A stretch of DNA of 64,000 nucleotides, taken from Macrostomum hystrix (Eukaryota > Animalia > Platyhelminthes). Made by a program: the position numbers and the translations under genes. The DNA is taken from the NCBI GenBank assembly GCA_950097015.1, contig CATNEN010000033.1, positions 186,001 to 250,000 on the forward strand, written 5' to 3'. Under the pieces are notes generated by a model. It searched no databases. It worked only from the letters and a program-made list of their open reading frames with translations, and had not been told where the DNA came from. Numbering within the stretch: position 1 is the stretch's first letter; each line of letters opens with the position of its first letter. Positions 35,772-51,611 of the stretch are shown here, in pieces.

Positions 35772-36291
35772 ACCATCGGATCACCAGCCATCGTGCTGCA
35801 TCAAAATACATTGCCTTGACCACTATAAACATGTAGATAATGGCCAATCACGTGGATTAGCTGCATATGTAATCCCACTAACTATTGTTAAATAAATTAT
35901 CTGGTAAAAATTTAGTAAAATATAATAAAGACAATAACTAATTAAAATGATCTATTGATTATTTAGTGCGTAGATTCAGTCAAAAAATGTACGGCTGTTG
36001 ATTAAAAAACCTACTTTTGTCTCTTGTTCCTTATGATAAAAGAATGAATCGCGGTTTCTAATTGCGATCCTTTCCGTTGAAGTCTTCAACAGAGGAGTGC
36101 ATTTCGATTCAAGCAAATCCAACGATGAAATCCCGACCGAGTACAAAGTCATTAAAATGGATTTCACTGAAATTAGTTTTTTTCTAAAGATAGCACTTCC
36201 CCAACCCCTCTCGACCTCGGATTGGCTCACAATTGGGAAAGCCCGAAGTTCGACCTTGCGGGCTTTCCCTTTAAGCAGAGGAAAAACGACG

Positions 36292-36920
36292 CCAATCGCC
36301 ATGAAAATCCTGAACACAATCTAAAATTTTCCGCTCTTTCCGATGAAACAACTTCACGAAACATCAGCATCATCGAGATATTCAATGATTCCCATCGCAG
36401 TGGCTGGTGGCAAGAACCACAGATATAGGCATTTTTTCTGCTCACCAAATTTCATCATGTATTGTCGCGACTTTCGTCTCTGCCTTCTGTCCTCTATTCA
36501 GTCTTTCGTTCTCTGCACTTTTCTTGTTTACATCGACCAGTTCAATCTAGTTCTTTCTCTCTCGTTATCTCTGCGGCTGATCTCTCATTCTCTATCCTTT
36601 CTTTCTTTCCTCCTTTCTGATTGGTCCGCCGCTCACGTTCTAGCCTCCTCTCCTACCCTCAGTCGCGCACTCTTGTTATCGTACAGCCAACCCCCCTTCC
36701 TTATCGCTCTGTTAAACTTAAATATATTTTGACTCGGCCTCAATTGGCTCACAGCCGTATGAACGGGCTCTTACTGCGAGGACTCAATTTGTAGCATAAG
36801 AAATCAAGACATGTATTCAAACAGTAATCATGGCGGTTATTATTGCATCGTGAAGGTGGAAAATTTTGATCCAGACTGTGGACTTTCACAAAAATCGGTC
36901 ATTCGGTTTGGAAGCTATCG
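36292..36920. mobile_element. Dispersed repeat copy, split in two halves, homologous to 56012-56225
   Basis: CCAATCGC.ATGAAAATCC...AAATTTTCCGCTCT...GATGAAA...GATATTCAA.GATT and TTTGATCC...TGTGGACTTTCAC.AAAAT...GGTCATTCG.TTTGGAAGCT shared with the 56-kb copy. Confidence 0.6.
36754..36798 (+). ncRNA. Spliced-leader (SL) exon-like sequence; variant SL gene or SL pseudogene
   Basis: GCCGTATGAACGGGCTCTTACTGCGAGGACTCAATTTGTAGCATA aligns ungapped at about 37/45 with the Macrostomum lignano SL as recalled from memory (GCCGTAAAGACGGTCTCTTACTGCGAAGACTCAATTTATTGCATG). The 5' CCGT-N4-ACGG hairpin is kept; the terminal ATG and GT donor are missing. Confidence 0.55.
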
Positions 36921-37544
36921 TGTGGTTATAAGTAGGCAGTCCGTGGTCTTTTTCCAATGGGAAAAAATTGCGTGGTGTTTCTACTGTTAATGTGTCCAGT
37001 CAACTCCACCCGGATCGTGCAATTTAAAGATCAAGGATGCGAATTCGATGATTTCATTTTATTATTATCAATCTGTCTACCAAAAACCCGGTTACTAAAT
37101 ATATTTATTACAAGTACCAACCCAACTAAAGTTTTCTTCCGCAGAAAATCTTCAGTAACGATTTAGATAAGCGGACGCAGAAGAAAAGGGATAAAAATGT
37201 TTGGCTGCGTTGATGTTTGTGTTTCTAAGTAACCACGAACCTGAAATCTATAGGCTTATGTAAATAGTTCCGCCGACACACCAGGTAGGCAGGTACGCAA
37301 AGACCAACTTTTGCAAAAAAATCTCTACGATGGCTGTGCAATGAACAGCGATCATTCATCGGCCATTTGTATTAGTTGACACACACTGACACCCGCCTTC
37401 GTGTGTTACCGGCGCGTGTTTGGCAATTCCAATCGGAATTCGGAACTAGTACAGTACGAGCGTTATTTCATTTATGCAACAGCTGTTAGTGAGTCAGTTT
37501 TTAGTTCTCAAGGAAATTTAGCTTAATAGGCTTTTTAGGAGGAA

Positions 37545-38380
37545 TTGCGACTGACCCACCGAGTAACACTGAAGGATAGGGACTGGCACACCGAGTGACA
37601 CTGAAGGGTAGGGACTGACACACCGAGTGACACTGAAGGGTAGGGACTGACACACCGAGTGACACTGAAGGGTAGGGACTGACACACCGAATGACACTGA
37701 AGGGTAGGGACTGACCCACAGAGTGACACTGAAGGATAGGGACTGACCCACAGAGTGACACTGAAGGATAGGGACTGACCCACAGAGTGACACTGAAGGA
37801 TAGGGACTGCCCCACAGAGTGACACTGAAGGATAGGGACTGACCCACAGAGTGACACTGAAGGATAACGCCTGACACTGAAGGATAACGCCTGACACTGA
37901 AGGATAACGCCTGACACTGAAGGATAACGCCTGAAACTGAAGGATAGCGCCTGACACTGAAGGATAACGCCTGACACTGAAGGATAAGCGACTGACCCAC
38001 AGAGTGACACTGAAGGATAGCGCCTGACACTGAAGGATAATGCCTGACACTGAAGGATAACGCCTGACACTGAAGGATAACGCCTGACACTGAAGGATAA
38101 CGCCTGACACTGAAGGATAAGCGACTGACCCACAGAGTGACACTGAAGGATAGCGCCTGACACTGAAGGATAACGCCTGACACTGATGGATAACGCCTGA
38201 CACTGAAGGATAACGCCTGACACTGAAGGATAAGCGACTGACCCACAGAGTGACACTGAAGGATAACGCCTGACACTGAAGGATAACGCCTGACACTGAA
38301 GGATAAGCGACTGACCCACAGAGTGACACTGAAGGATAACGCCTGACACTGAAGGATAAGCGACTGACCCACAGAGTGAC
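37545..38380. repeat. Compound 20-bp/32-bp tandem repeat
   Basis: Units CTGACACTGAAGGATAACGC and GTGACACTGAAGGATAGGGACTGACCCACAGA share the core TGACACTGAAGGATA. Confidence 0.93.
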
Positions 38381-38879
38381 CGTACATGAAATAAAAAAAC
38401 AAATATTCTTGACGTCACAAATTTCAATTCATCGTTGCGACCGATTGAGCCATAATGAATTGGGCCAAGGCGCACAGGTAACTAATCTCATAAGCGCTTT
38501 AGTCTACTTTGAGTAGAGCGTATGGCACATTAAATTTTTACACCCTAAACAGCTTATATAAATACATATATAACGACAGAAAACAAAAATCATCTTTATT
38601 AAAAAATTCGAAATGCAATGCATTTTTTTATACAGCTCGCAAAGAGTTTTTTAAAACTTGCCTGTTTATCTGACACGGGAAAAATCAATGCCTTCAAATC
38701 AACTCCAAATCTATTTCATGAAGTAAATGAGTTGTTTAATTGTTTTCCTGTTCTAAAAATCTCCCGTCTTTAATTAGGTGGATTCCTGGGAAGATTCTCA
38801 GTCACTTGCGACGATTCCAGTCTACCTTGATAACATCTCAGATGACTAATTAAAAAAAGATCACAGGGATTTCTCGGAT

Positions 38880-39347
38880 TCACTGATCGTCAGTTTCCGC
38901 GCGCGCGTCTTCGTCGCTATCACTGCCAGACGATGGAGGCAGCATGTCGGCGGGAATTCCGCCTTCATCAGCGGGACAGGCCAGCCTTGCTAGGCCCTGC
39001 CTGCTGGCTAGGTCGGGCAGGAAGGCATCCGGCCAGGCTCCACCGCGAACGAGGAAGTCGATCTGATCATTGAGCAGCACGGCGGCAATCTCGGCCCGGA
39101 CCCTGTTGCCCTCGGCGATGGGCTCCGTGATGACAAAGTCGCCGCGTTTAATCCACACGTGGCGACGAAATTTAGTCGGCATTGAGGCCAAGAAAGTCTC
39201 GCCGGCGGCGGTTTGCACCTCGTGGAGATTGTTGCCACGGGAGCCGGCCACGCGCACCACCTGCTGACCTTTGGCCTCATCTGGCAGGGCGAAATTGTTT
39301 AACACTTCGCGTTCGACATGCTTTCTTTTGGTTGCTAGGGAAGTCAT
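38880..39347 (-). CDS. EIF1AD: EIF1AD (eIF1A-domain, S1/OB-fold RNA-binding protein)
   Basis: MTSLATKRKHVEREVL...QVVRVAGSRGNNLHEV...FLASMPTKFRRHVWIKRGDFVITEPIAEGNRVRAEI; acidic Ser/Asp tail; intronless CDS. Confidence 0.95.
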   Translation of the reverse strand: MTSLATKRKHVEREVLNNFALPDEAKGQQVVRVAGSRGNNLHEVQTAAGETFLASMPTKFRRHVWIKRGDFVITEPIAEGNRVRAEIAAVLLNDQIDFLVRGGAWPDAFLPDLASRQGLARLACPADEGGIPADMLPPSSGSDSDEDARAETDDQ

Positions 39348-42300
39348 TTGAGCTGCAAAATGTTGTGGTTCCTAAATTAAATGCTTTATTTATCTAACAC
39401 AGTTTCAAATTAGATTCACCTTCTTAATTAAGGAACAACTATGTAGAATATATAATTTTTAGTAACTAAGGTTAAAAATAAAGGAGGATAAGCGTAAGCA
39501 TAAGGAGTTTTATAATCTTAAAGTAGCTATAGAAAATTCCACACTTAAATGGAGAAAATTAGATAAGCCAATGAGACAATTATTGAACATTTTTGTGAGT
39601 TTTTTACTAGCTACTTTTTACTTATATAAAATATTTAATTTGCAAGACCAACCATTAGCTGTTGGGTTGGCTGCTGTTAAGTAATTGTTCCCTATGATAG
39701 TAAAACCACTTGGCACTAGTTAATTTAGTAAATAGGCACTCATCCAATAGTGAATTTTTGTAAATAGGTTTTAGTAGGTAAAACTGTTGTGTTCTTTAGT
39801 TACAACTTGGTAGCCGGGTTGGATGTAAGCCAATGGCACAAAAACCATAGACCTACTAGGTAGCTGTGTAGATTCTAGCTACTGAAACAGATAGTGTGAA
39901 ACTTCTTTATCTAGAGCTTCTAACTAGAATTTTACTATATTTTGTATTACTCTTGTTAAATAATATATATTACTCTATTTATTTTATTTAGAAACTAGCT
40001 AGTTAGCTCACAAAAACATCAAAAATAAAATTAAAGACTTTTAAATATTTTTCAACTCCAAGCTAACTGGGGTTCATTTGCTCTTTTTGCCAAAAATGTA
40101 TCTATCTAAATACATTAATTATTAGCTAGTACATAGCTGGAAAGTAGATTGTTATAGTTAAAATCAAGACACAAAGCCAATATAAAATTGTTCTATACCC
40201 AGGCTCCCTAGCTAAAACATAAACCTTTTAATAAAAAATATCAATAATAATACATAGTCTAGATGCACATATTTTGAGCTATTCATAAAAAGAATAAGGC
40301 CTAGGTAATCTAGTTACTTCACCTTAACAGTGAAGTAAAATAGCTAGCAATTTATATTTATTTATATTTAAACTGCATTATACCAGGTCTGTTTGGAAAA
40401 CAGGGTCTGTTTTTTACAAAAAAAACTAAAGAAATTTTGAAGAAAAGACTATCTCTACAATATGTATGAAATTATATCAAAAAACTTAAATACTACAAGT
40501 ACAAACAAAGGACAAATGCTTAAGAGTCAAATTTATAGAATAAGATTAGTAGGGGAAAAAATGGCAATCGATTTACTAGCTAGGGGTCAATACAAAAAAG
40601 GTATTCTTTAATTGACAATAGACAAATACTTTCAGCTACTATGTCGAGTACTTGTACATTCGGACCGTAATGTTGCTGATTCATTGTAGCTATGCCAATG
40701 TCATAGCTATTAGCCATTAGCCACTAACGTCAACGTCAAACAAGAAACACAACAGAACTTTCTTAGAAAGTTGCAAATCGATTGTGCAAGATTGATTACT
40801 TAACCGCAGTAAAGTTGTAAATTTAATAAATGTTTACTCCGTATTACATACATAGCGTTCTAAGTAGTATTATTGTTTTTTTTCTGCAGCCATGCTAAGC
40901 AATTATTTTTTTGTTTGAATAATCTTGTGTAAAGCTTTTTCAACTTCGACGGTTCGAATCGTGCTGAACGTTGTGAATGAACTATCATTCAAATACAATT
41001 CCAGAATTGGCTTAGCAGACTGCTTGCCTGCGCCAAAATATCACTAACTGCTATTTCTTCCGTATGTAAAGTCGTGTTCAAACGGCAAAAACCACTTGGA
41101 GTAGACATACTACAACTATGCTACTTCCAGAGGCGCTTGGCTGCATTCCGAGAAGCATATTTCCATTTTCCATATAAACCAAGCCTAATAAAACCCTGAA
41201 ATGACTCCGCCTGTTGGACAATCCTGAAACTTACTATGATTTCAGAAAGTTTAGTATGAACCTCCCTGCGAATAACTCAAAGCTGTCACCAGATGCTTCA
41301 ACATATTTTTATGCTTCAGGTGCATAAAAGACATGCATGCATGTCTAGAGTCATATAAGAATTTTTAACCACTTAAAACCACTTTAACCACGCGATCTAT
41401 AACTAAGAACCGGCGTGGAAACAGTGTTAGTCAAATGTTTTTATAGGCGTGTAAATACGTAACAAAACAAAAAGTAAATTGTATCCACTTCTTCGCTTGT
41501 CTCCTGGTTTTTGGCAGATTGCTTAAGTAAGAAGCATCTAGCGATGGAAATATATGAGTGATTTTTTAAGTTCCAAAGTAAAAGTAACGAAAAGAGCAAT
41601 TATAAATAAGCAAATACATATTATTTCAAGATCTAGCTCGCAGTATTACAGCTATTATATATTGCTGAAATAAAACTTGTTTACAAGACACTTAAAAGCG
41701 AGAATCTAAAACCGTGTGTAGGTACGAGCTATTAGTGTGTTTTTTATCTAAAACGAGGGAAGGTGACAGATGACGCAACACATAAGTCTATGGACTACAA
41801 AATGAGGATGACAGACGCATTGTGCTGACAGGTGAATCAAAGGAAACGTATTTTTATCTGTACTTTTTTTTCATGCTTCATCTCTTACGCACACATAAGC
41901 AGCACATACAGTTATTGAAAGCCCGACGGTTAGTGTGGACAATACCATCTAGTGCAGGCGAGTATCTCATCCGTGCATAGTTAACATCGAGTGATAAAGA
42001 GAAATCTGCAGCCGAATAACAATGTCTCAAACATGCGGGTGCAGAGGTTCCACAGCAACTGGATGGGGAGTGTTCGTTGAAGGCTGGCTAAAACACAATT
42101 ATATTAAAGAGAAAGCAAATAGCGATAAAACACCGATTATAGTGACGAAAAAAAATGATTGTAAATGGAAATAACGACATTGTTGCCATAGAGACAAGGA
42201 ATTTATAAGTTGAAAGGGACAGAAGCGACTTCAACAAAGATGAGAAGAAACATTATCCTCCAACAAATATAGATTGGCGCGGTGCATAAGTTTGCGAGTA

Positions 42301-42659
42301 GACGGAATAGATAATTAGAGCGAATACCATGGCACTATCTACAAGACAAGTGCAGCTTTTAGAAAACAAATTTGCCTTATATCGACAAACTTCAAGCCAT
42401 ACGCCGTTCATTCTACTAGCAAGAGGAGCAAGTAGTATGATATTTCTTCCCTACTAGCGCATGATATTAACAGGCGTCAGGCGTACACAGTAAGGTCAGC
42501 CAAAAAATAAGGCTATATGAAAAAAACAAATAAGCAATTAAAACCAAACCACAACATAAAACACTTTCCTTAAATAAATGATGAAGTTAAAAATTAAGAC
42601 AATAGATCCAGTGAGGCAGACAGAACTTAAATAAAAAATTGTTTTAAAATGGGCCACTT

Positions 42660-47381
<4,722 letters not shown>

Positions 47382-47589
47382 GTCAGTGTAGGTCTGGCTC
47401 TAGGCTGCTAGTGCCTCATGCGCGCCCGCACTGGTGCCTCTTTGTCAGTGGAATGTTAACGAGCTGGCACCTCTGTGTCCCTGGTCTGGCTGGAATGGAA
47501 CAACAATCATCCTGAGTTCCGCGCTCTAGAATCTCGTTTCTCTGAGCTCCTTGTGATTATTCTTGTGACAATCTTAGTCGACCCGTCCA

Positions 47590-50318
47590 AATCTCTAAGC
47601 TCCCTTTAACTCTTAACAATCTCTGAGCTCCCTTCAACTCTTCCTAATCTCTGAGCTCCCTTCAACTCTTAACAATCTCTGAGCTCCCTTTAACTCTTAA
47701 CAATCTTTGAGCTCCCTTCCACTCTTCCTAATCTCTGAGCTCCCTTCAACTCTTAACAATCTCTGAGCTCCCTTCAACTCTTCCTAATCTCTGAGCTCCC
47801 TTCAACTCTTCCTAATCTCTGAGCTCCCTTCAACTCTTAACAATCTCTGAGCTCCCTTCAACTCTTAACAATCTCTGAGCTCCCTTTAACTCTTAACAAT
47901 CTTTGAGCTCCCTTCCACTCTTCCTAATCTCTGAGCTCCCTTCAACTCTTAACAATCTCTGAGCTCCCTTTAACTCTTAACAATCTCTGAGCTCTCTTCA
48001 ACTTCTAACAATCTCTGAGCTCCCTTCAACTTCTAACAATCTCTGAGCTCCCTTCAACTCTTAACAATCTTTCAGCTCCCTTCAACTCTTAACAATCTCT
48101 GAGCTCCCTTCAACTCTTAACAATCTCTGAGCTCCCTTTAACTCTTAACAATCTTTGAGCTCCCTTCCACTCTTCCTAATCTCTGAGCTCCCTTCAACTC
48201 TTAACAATCTCTGAGCTCCCTTTAACTCTTAACAATCTCTGAGCTCTCTTCAACTTCTAACAATCTCTGAGCTCCCTTCAACTTCTAACAATCTCTGAGC
48301 TCCCTTCAACTCTTAACAATCTTTCAGCTCCCTTCAACTCTTAACAATCTCTGAGCTCCCTTCAACTCTTAACAATCTCTGAGCTCCCTTCAACTCTTAA
48401 CAATCTCTGAGCTCCCTTCAACTCTTAACAATCTCTGAGCTCCCTTCAACTCTTAACAATCTCTGAGCTCCCTTCCACTTCTAACAATCTCTGAGCTCCC
48501 TTCAACTTCTAACAATCTCTGAGCTCCCTTCAACTCTTAACAATCTCTGAGCTCCCTTCAACTTCTAACAATCTCTGAGCTCCCTTCAACTCTTAACAAT
48601 CTCTGAGCTCCCTTCAACTTCTAACAATCTCTGAGCTCCCTTCAACTTCTAACAATCTCTGAGCTCCCTTCAACTTCTAACAATCTCTGAGCTCCCTTCA
48701 ACTCTTCCTAATCTCTGAGCTCCCTTCAACTCTTCCTAATCTCTGAGCTCCCTTTAACTCTTAACAAGCTTTGAGCTCCCTTCAACTTCTAACAATCTCT
48801 GAGCTCCCTTCAACTCTTAACAATCTCTGAGCTCCCTTCAACTCTTAACAATCTCTGAGCTCCCTTCAACTTCTAACAATCTCTGAGCTCCCTTCAACTC
48901 TTAACAATCTCTGAGCTCCCTTCAACTCTTAACAATCTCTGAGCTCCCTTTAACTCTTAACAATCTTTGAGCTCCCTTCCACTCTTCCTAATCTCTGAGC
49001 TCCCTTCAACTCTTAACAATCTCTGAGCTCCCTTCAACTCTTCCTAATCTCTGAGCTCCCTTCAACTCTTCCTAATCTCTGAGCTCCCTTCAACTCTTCC
49101 TAATCTCTGAGCTCCCTTCAACTCTTCCTAATCTCTGAGCTCCCTTCAACTCTTAACAATCTCTGAGCTCCCTTCAACTCTTAACAATCTCTGAGCTCCC
49201 TTTAACTCTTAACAATCTTTGAGCTCCCTTCCACTCTTCCTAATCTCTGAGCTCCCTTCAACTCTTAACAATCTCTGAGCTCCCTTTAACTCTTAACAAT
49301 CTCTGAGCTCTCTTCAACTTCTAACAATCTCTGAGCTCCCTTCAACTTCTAACAATCTCTGAGCTCCCTTCAACTCTTAACAATCTTTCAGCTCCCTTCA
49401 ACTCTTAACAATCTCTGAGCTCCCTTCAACTCTTAACAATCTCTGAGCTCCCTTCAACTCTTAACAATCTCTGAGCTCCCTTCAACTTCTAACAATCTCT
49501 GAGCTCCCTTCAACTTCTAACAATCTCTGAGCTCCCTTCAACTCTTAACAATCTCTGAGCTCCCTTCAACTTCTAACAATCTCTGAGCTCCCTTCAACTC
49601 TTAACAATCTCTGAGCTCCCTTCAACTTCTAACAATCTCTGAGCTCCCTTCAACTTCTAACAATCTCTGAGCTCCCTTCAACTTCTAACAATCTCTGAGC
49701 TCCCTTCAACTCTTCCTAATCTCTGAGCTCCCTTCAACTCTTCCTAATCTCTGAGCTCCCTTTAACTCTTAACAAGCTTTGAGCTCCCTTCAACTTCTAA
49801 CAATCTCTGAGCTCCCTTCAACTCTTAACAATCTCTGAGCTCCCTTCAACTCTTAACAATCTCTGAGCTCCCTTCAACTTCTAACAATCTCTGAGCTCCC
49901 TTCAACTCTTAACAATCTCTGAGCTCCCTTCAACTCTTAACAATCTCTGAGCTCCCTTCAACTTCTAACAATCTCTGAGCTCCCTTCAACTCTTAACAAT
50001 CTCTGAGCTCCCTTCAACTCTTAACAATCTCTGAGCTCCCTTAAACTCTTAACAATCTCTGAGCTCCCTTCAACTCTTAACAATCTCTGAGCTCCCTTCA
50101 ACTCTTAACAATCTCTGAGCTCCCTTCAACTCTTAACAATCTCTGAGCTCCCTTCAACTCTTAACAATCTCTGAGCTCCCTTCAACTCTTAACAATCTCT
50201 GAGCTCCCTTCAACTCTTAACAATCTCTGAGCTCCCTTCAACTCTTAACAATCTCTGAGCTCCCTTCAACTCTTAACAATCTCTGAGCTCCCTTCCACTC
50301 TTCCTAATCTCTGAGCTC
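47590..50318. repeat. 28-bp satellite (~97 copies) with higher-order structure
   Basis: Unit CTCTGAGCTCCCTTCAACTCTTAACAAT with 27-bp and TCCT variants. Confidence 0.97.
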
Positions 50319-51611
50319 CTTTTGGATTATCCGAAGAAACGAAAGAACTAACAAAGCAATACGGATTACCGCAAAAGCAATCGTTGCTAATCTAAACAAT
50401 CCAAATTACGTTTTATCTCATCGCAATAGCACTTTGATTTTGTAACGCCAAACTGATTGATTCGTTATAAAATAAACAAACAAACCGATAAAAACAAAAA
50501 ACTAGCAATAAGGCGAGCGCCTTTGAGTTGGCTTCGGGATAAGCACAAGATGATGCGCTTTCAGGTAAAAGCAATGGAAGATATTGATTTGAGGCCAATA
50601 GTTAAGCCGAAGATTCTGATTAGTGGTAAAAAATTGCTACTATAGTAGTAGTATATGTGCAGCTGTGAGCTTGCAGACAAGATTTTGTATTGAAAGCAAC
50701 CAATACAACAAAGAATCGTTTGTAAAAAATATACATATATATAACAAAAATATACTTTGGGACGAAAGATTATATGACGGGGACAGTTTGACTGTAAAAA
50801 ATCACATCCGACTAGATATGTAATTACATGTTACATGACTTTAAATTTGAAATTAGCCAATACAAAATGTCAGGAAACTATATTTACCTCATGCTACTTA
50901 TTAGTAGTGCTCTAAGGCTATCATAAATGTTTGCTTAGATTAACAGTAGAACTACCAGGGAATTACCACAGACAATTTTTGTGCTGCATCCGAACGGAGC
51001 AATGCAAGCACACGAAACTCGAGAACACCGGTTAACTTTCTGATGCGCATCTTCTGAAACAATAATTAAGTCGCCAGCCTTTCAGACTGTCGAGTTATTC
51101 AACGGTTCTAGACGAAGGTAGGATTTTTTCCCAAAAGCGCTATTGTAGTTCATACACCCCTACATACAAATTAGCACTGTGCCTCGGTGCGGCGTTGCCA
51201 GGCCTTCAAAATGTACCAGCATGTCACCCGAATGTGCCTGCACCATCTTCGTCTTCGGTGGTCACCTAACTTTATCTAGACGGAGCTGCTGGACATTCAA
51301 GGGCTACAACAGGTGGAGCTACGCCATTATGGACACCATGACGCGAATTTCTCCAATTTCAATGATCAAGCCTAAATACTAGGCGCAGTTCAACTACAGG
51401 ACACCATCGCCTAGTCTGCCAACCAATCAGTCTGTTACCACCCAACGCTGTTAGCATTCGGGCGCTGCCAAAACATTTCCAGGGGGGAATTCCCCCTTGT
51501 TGGTAGTCGTACTGTTAAGCAATCAGGCTTAAAAATCTTCAAACTAGACGCAACGCACATAGCAACCTGTTGTTTACATTGGATACCTAGTTGCGATAAT
51601 GCTGAATGTTT

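Noticed and set aside
41050-41320. Short open stretches (KPLGVDILQLCYFQRR..., LLDNPETYYDFRKF...)
   Set aside because: No start/acceptor context or recognisable homology; AT-rich intergenic DNA
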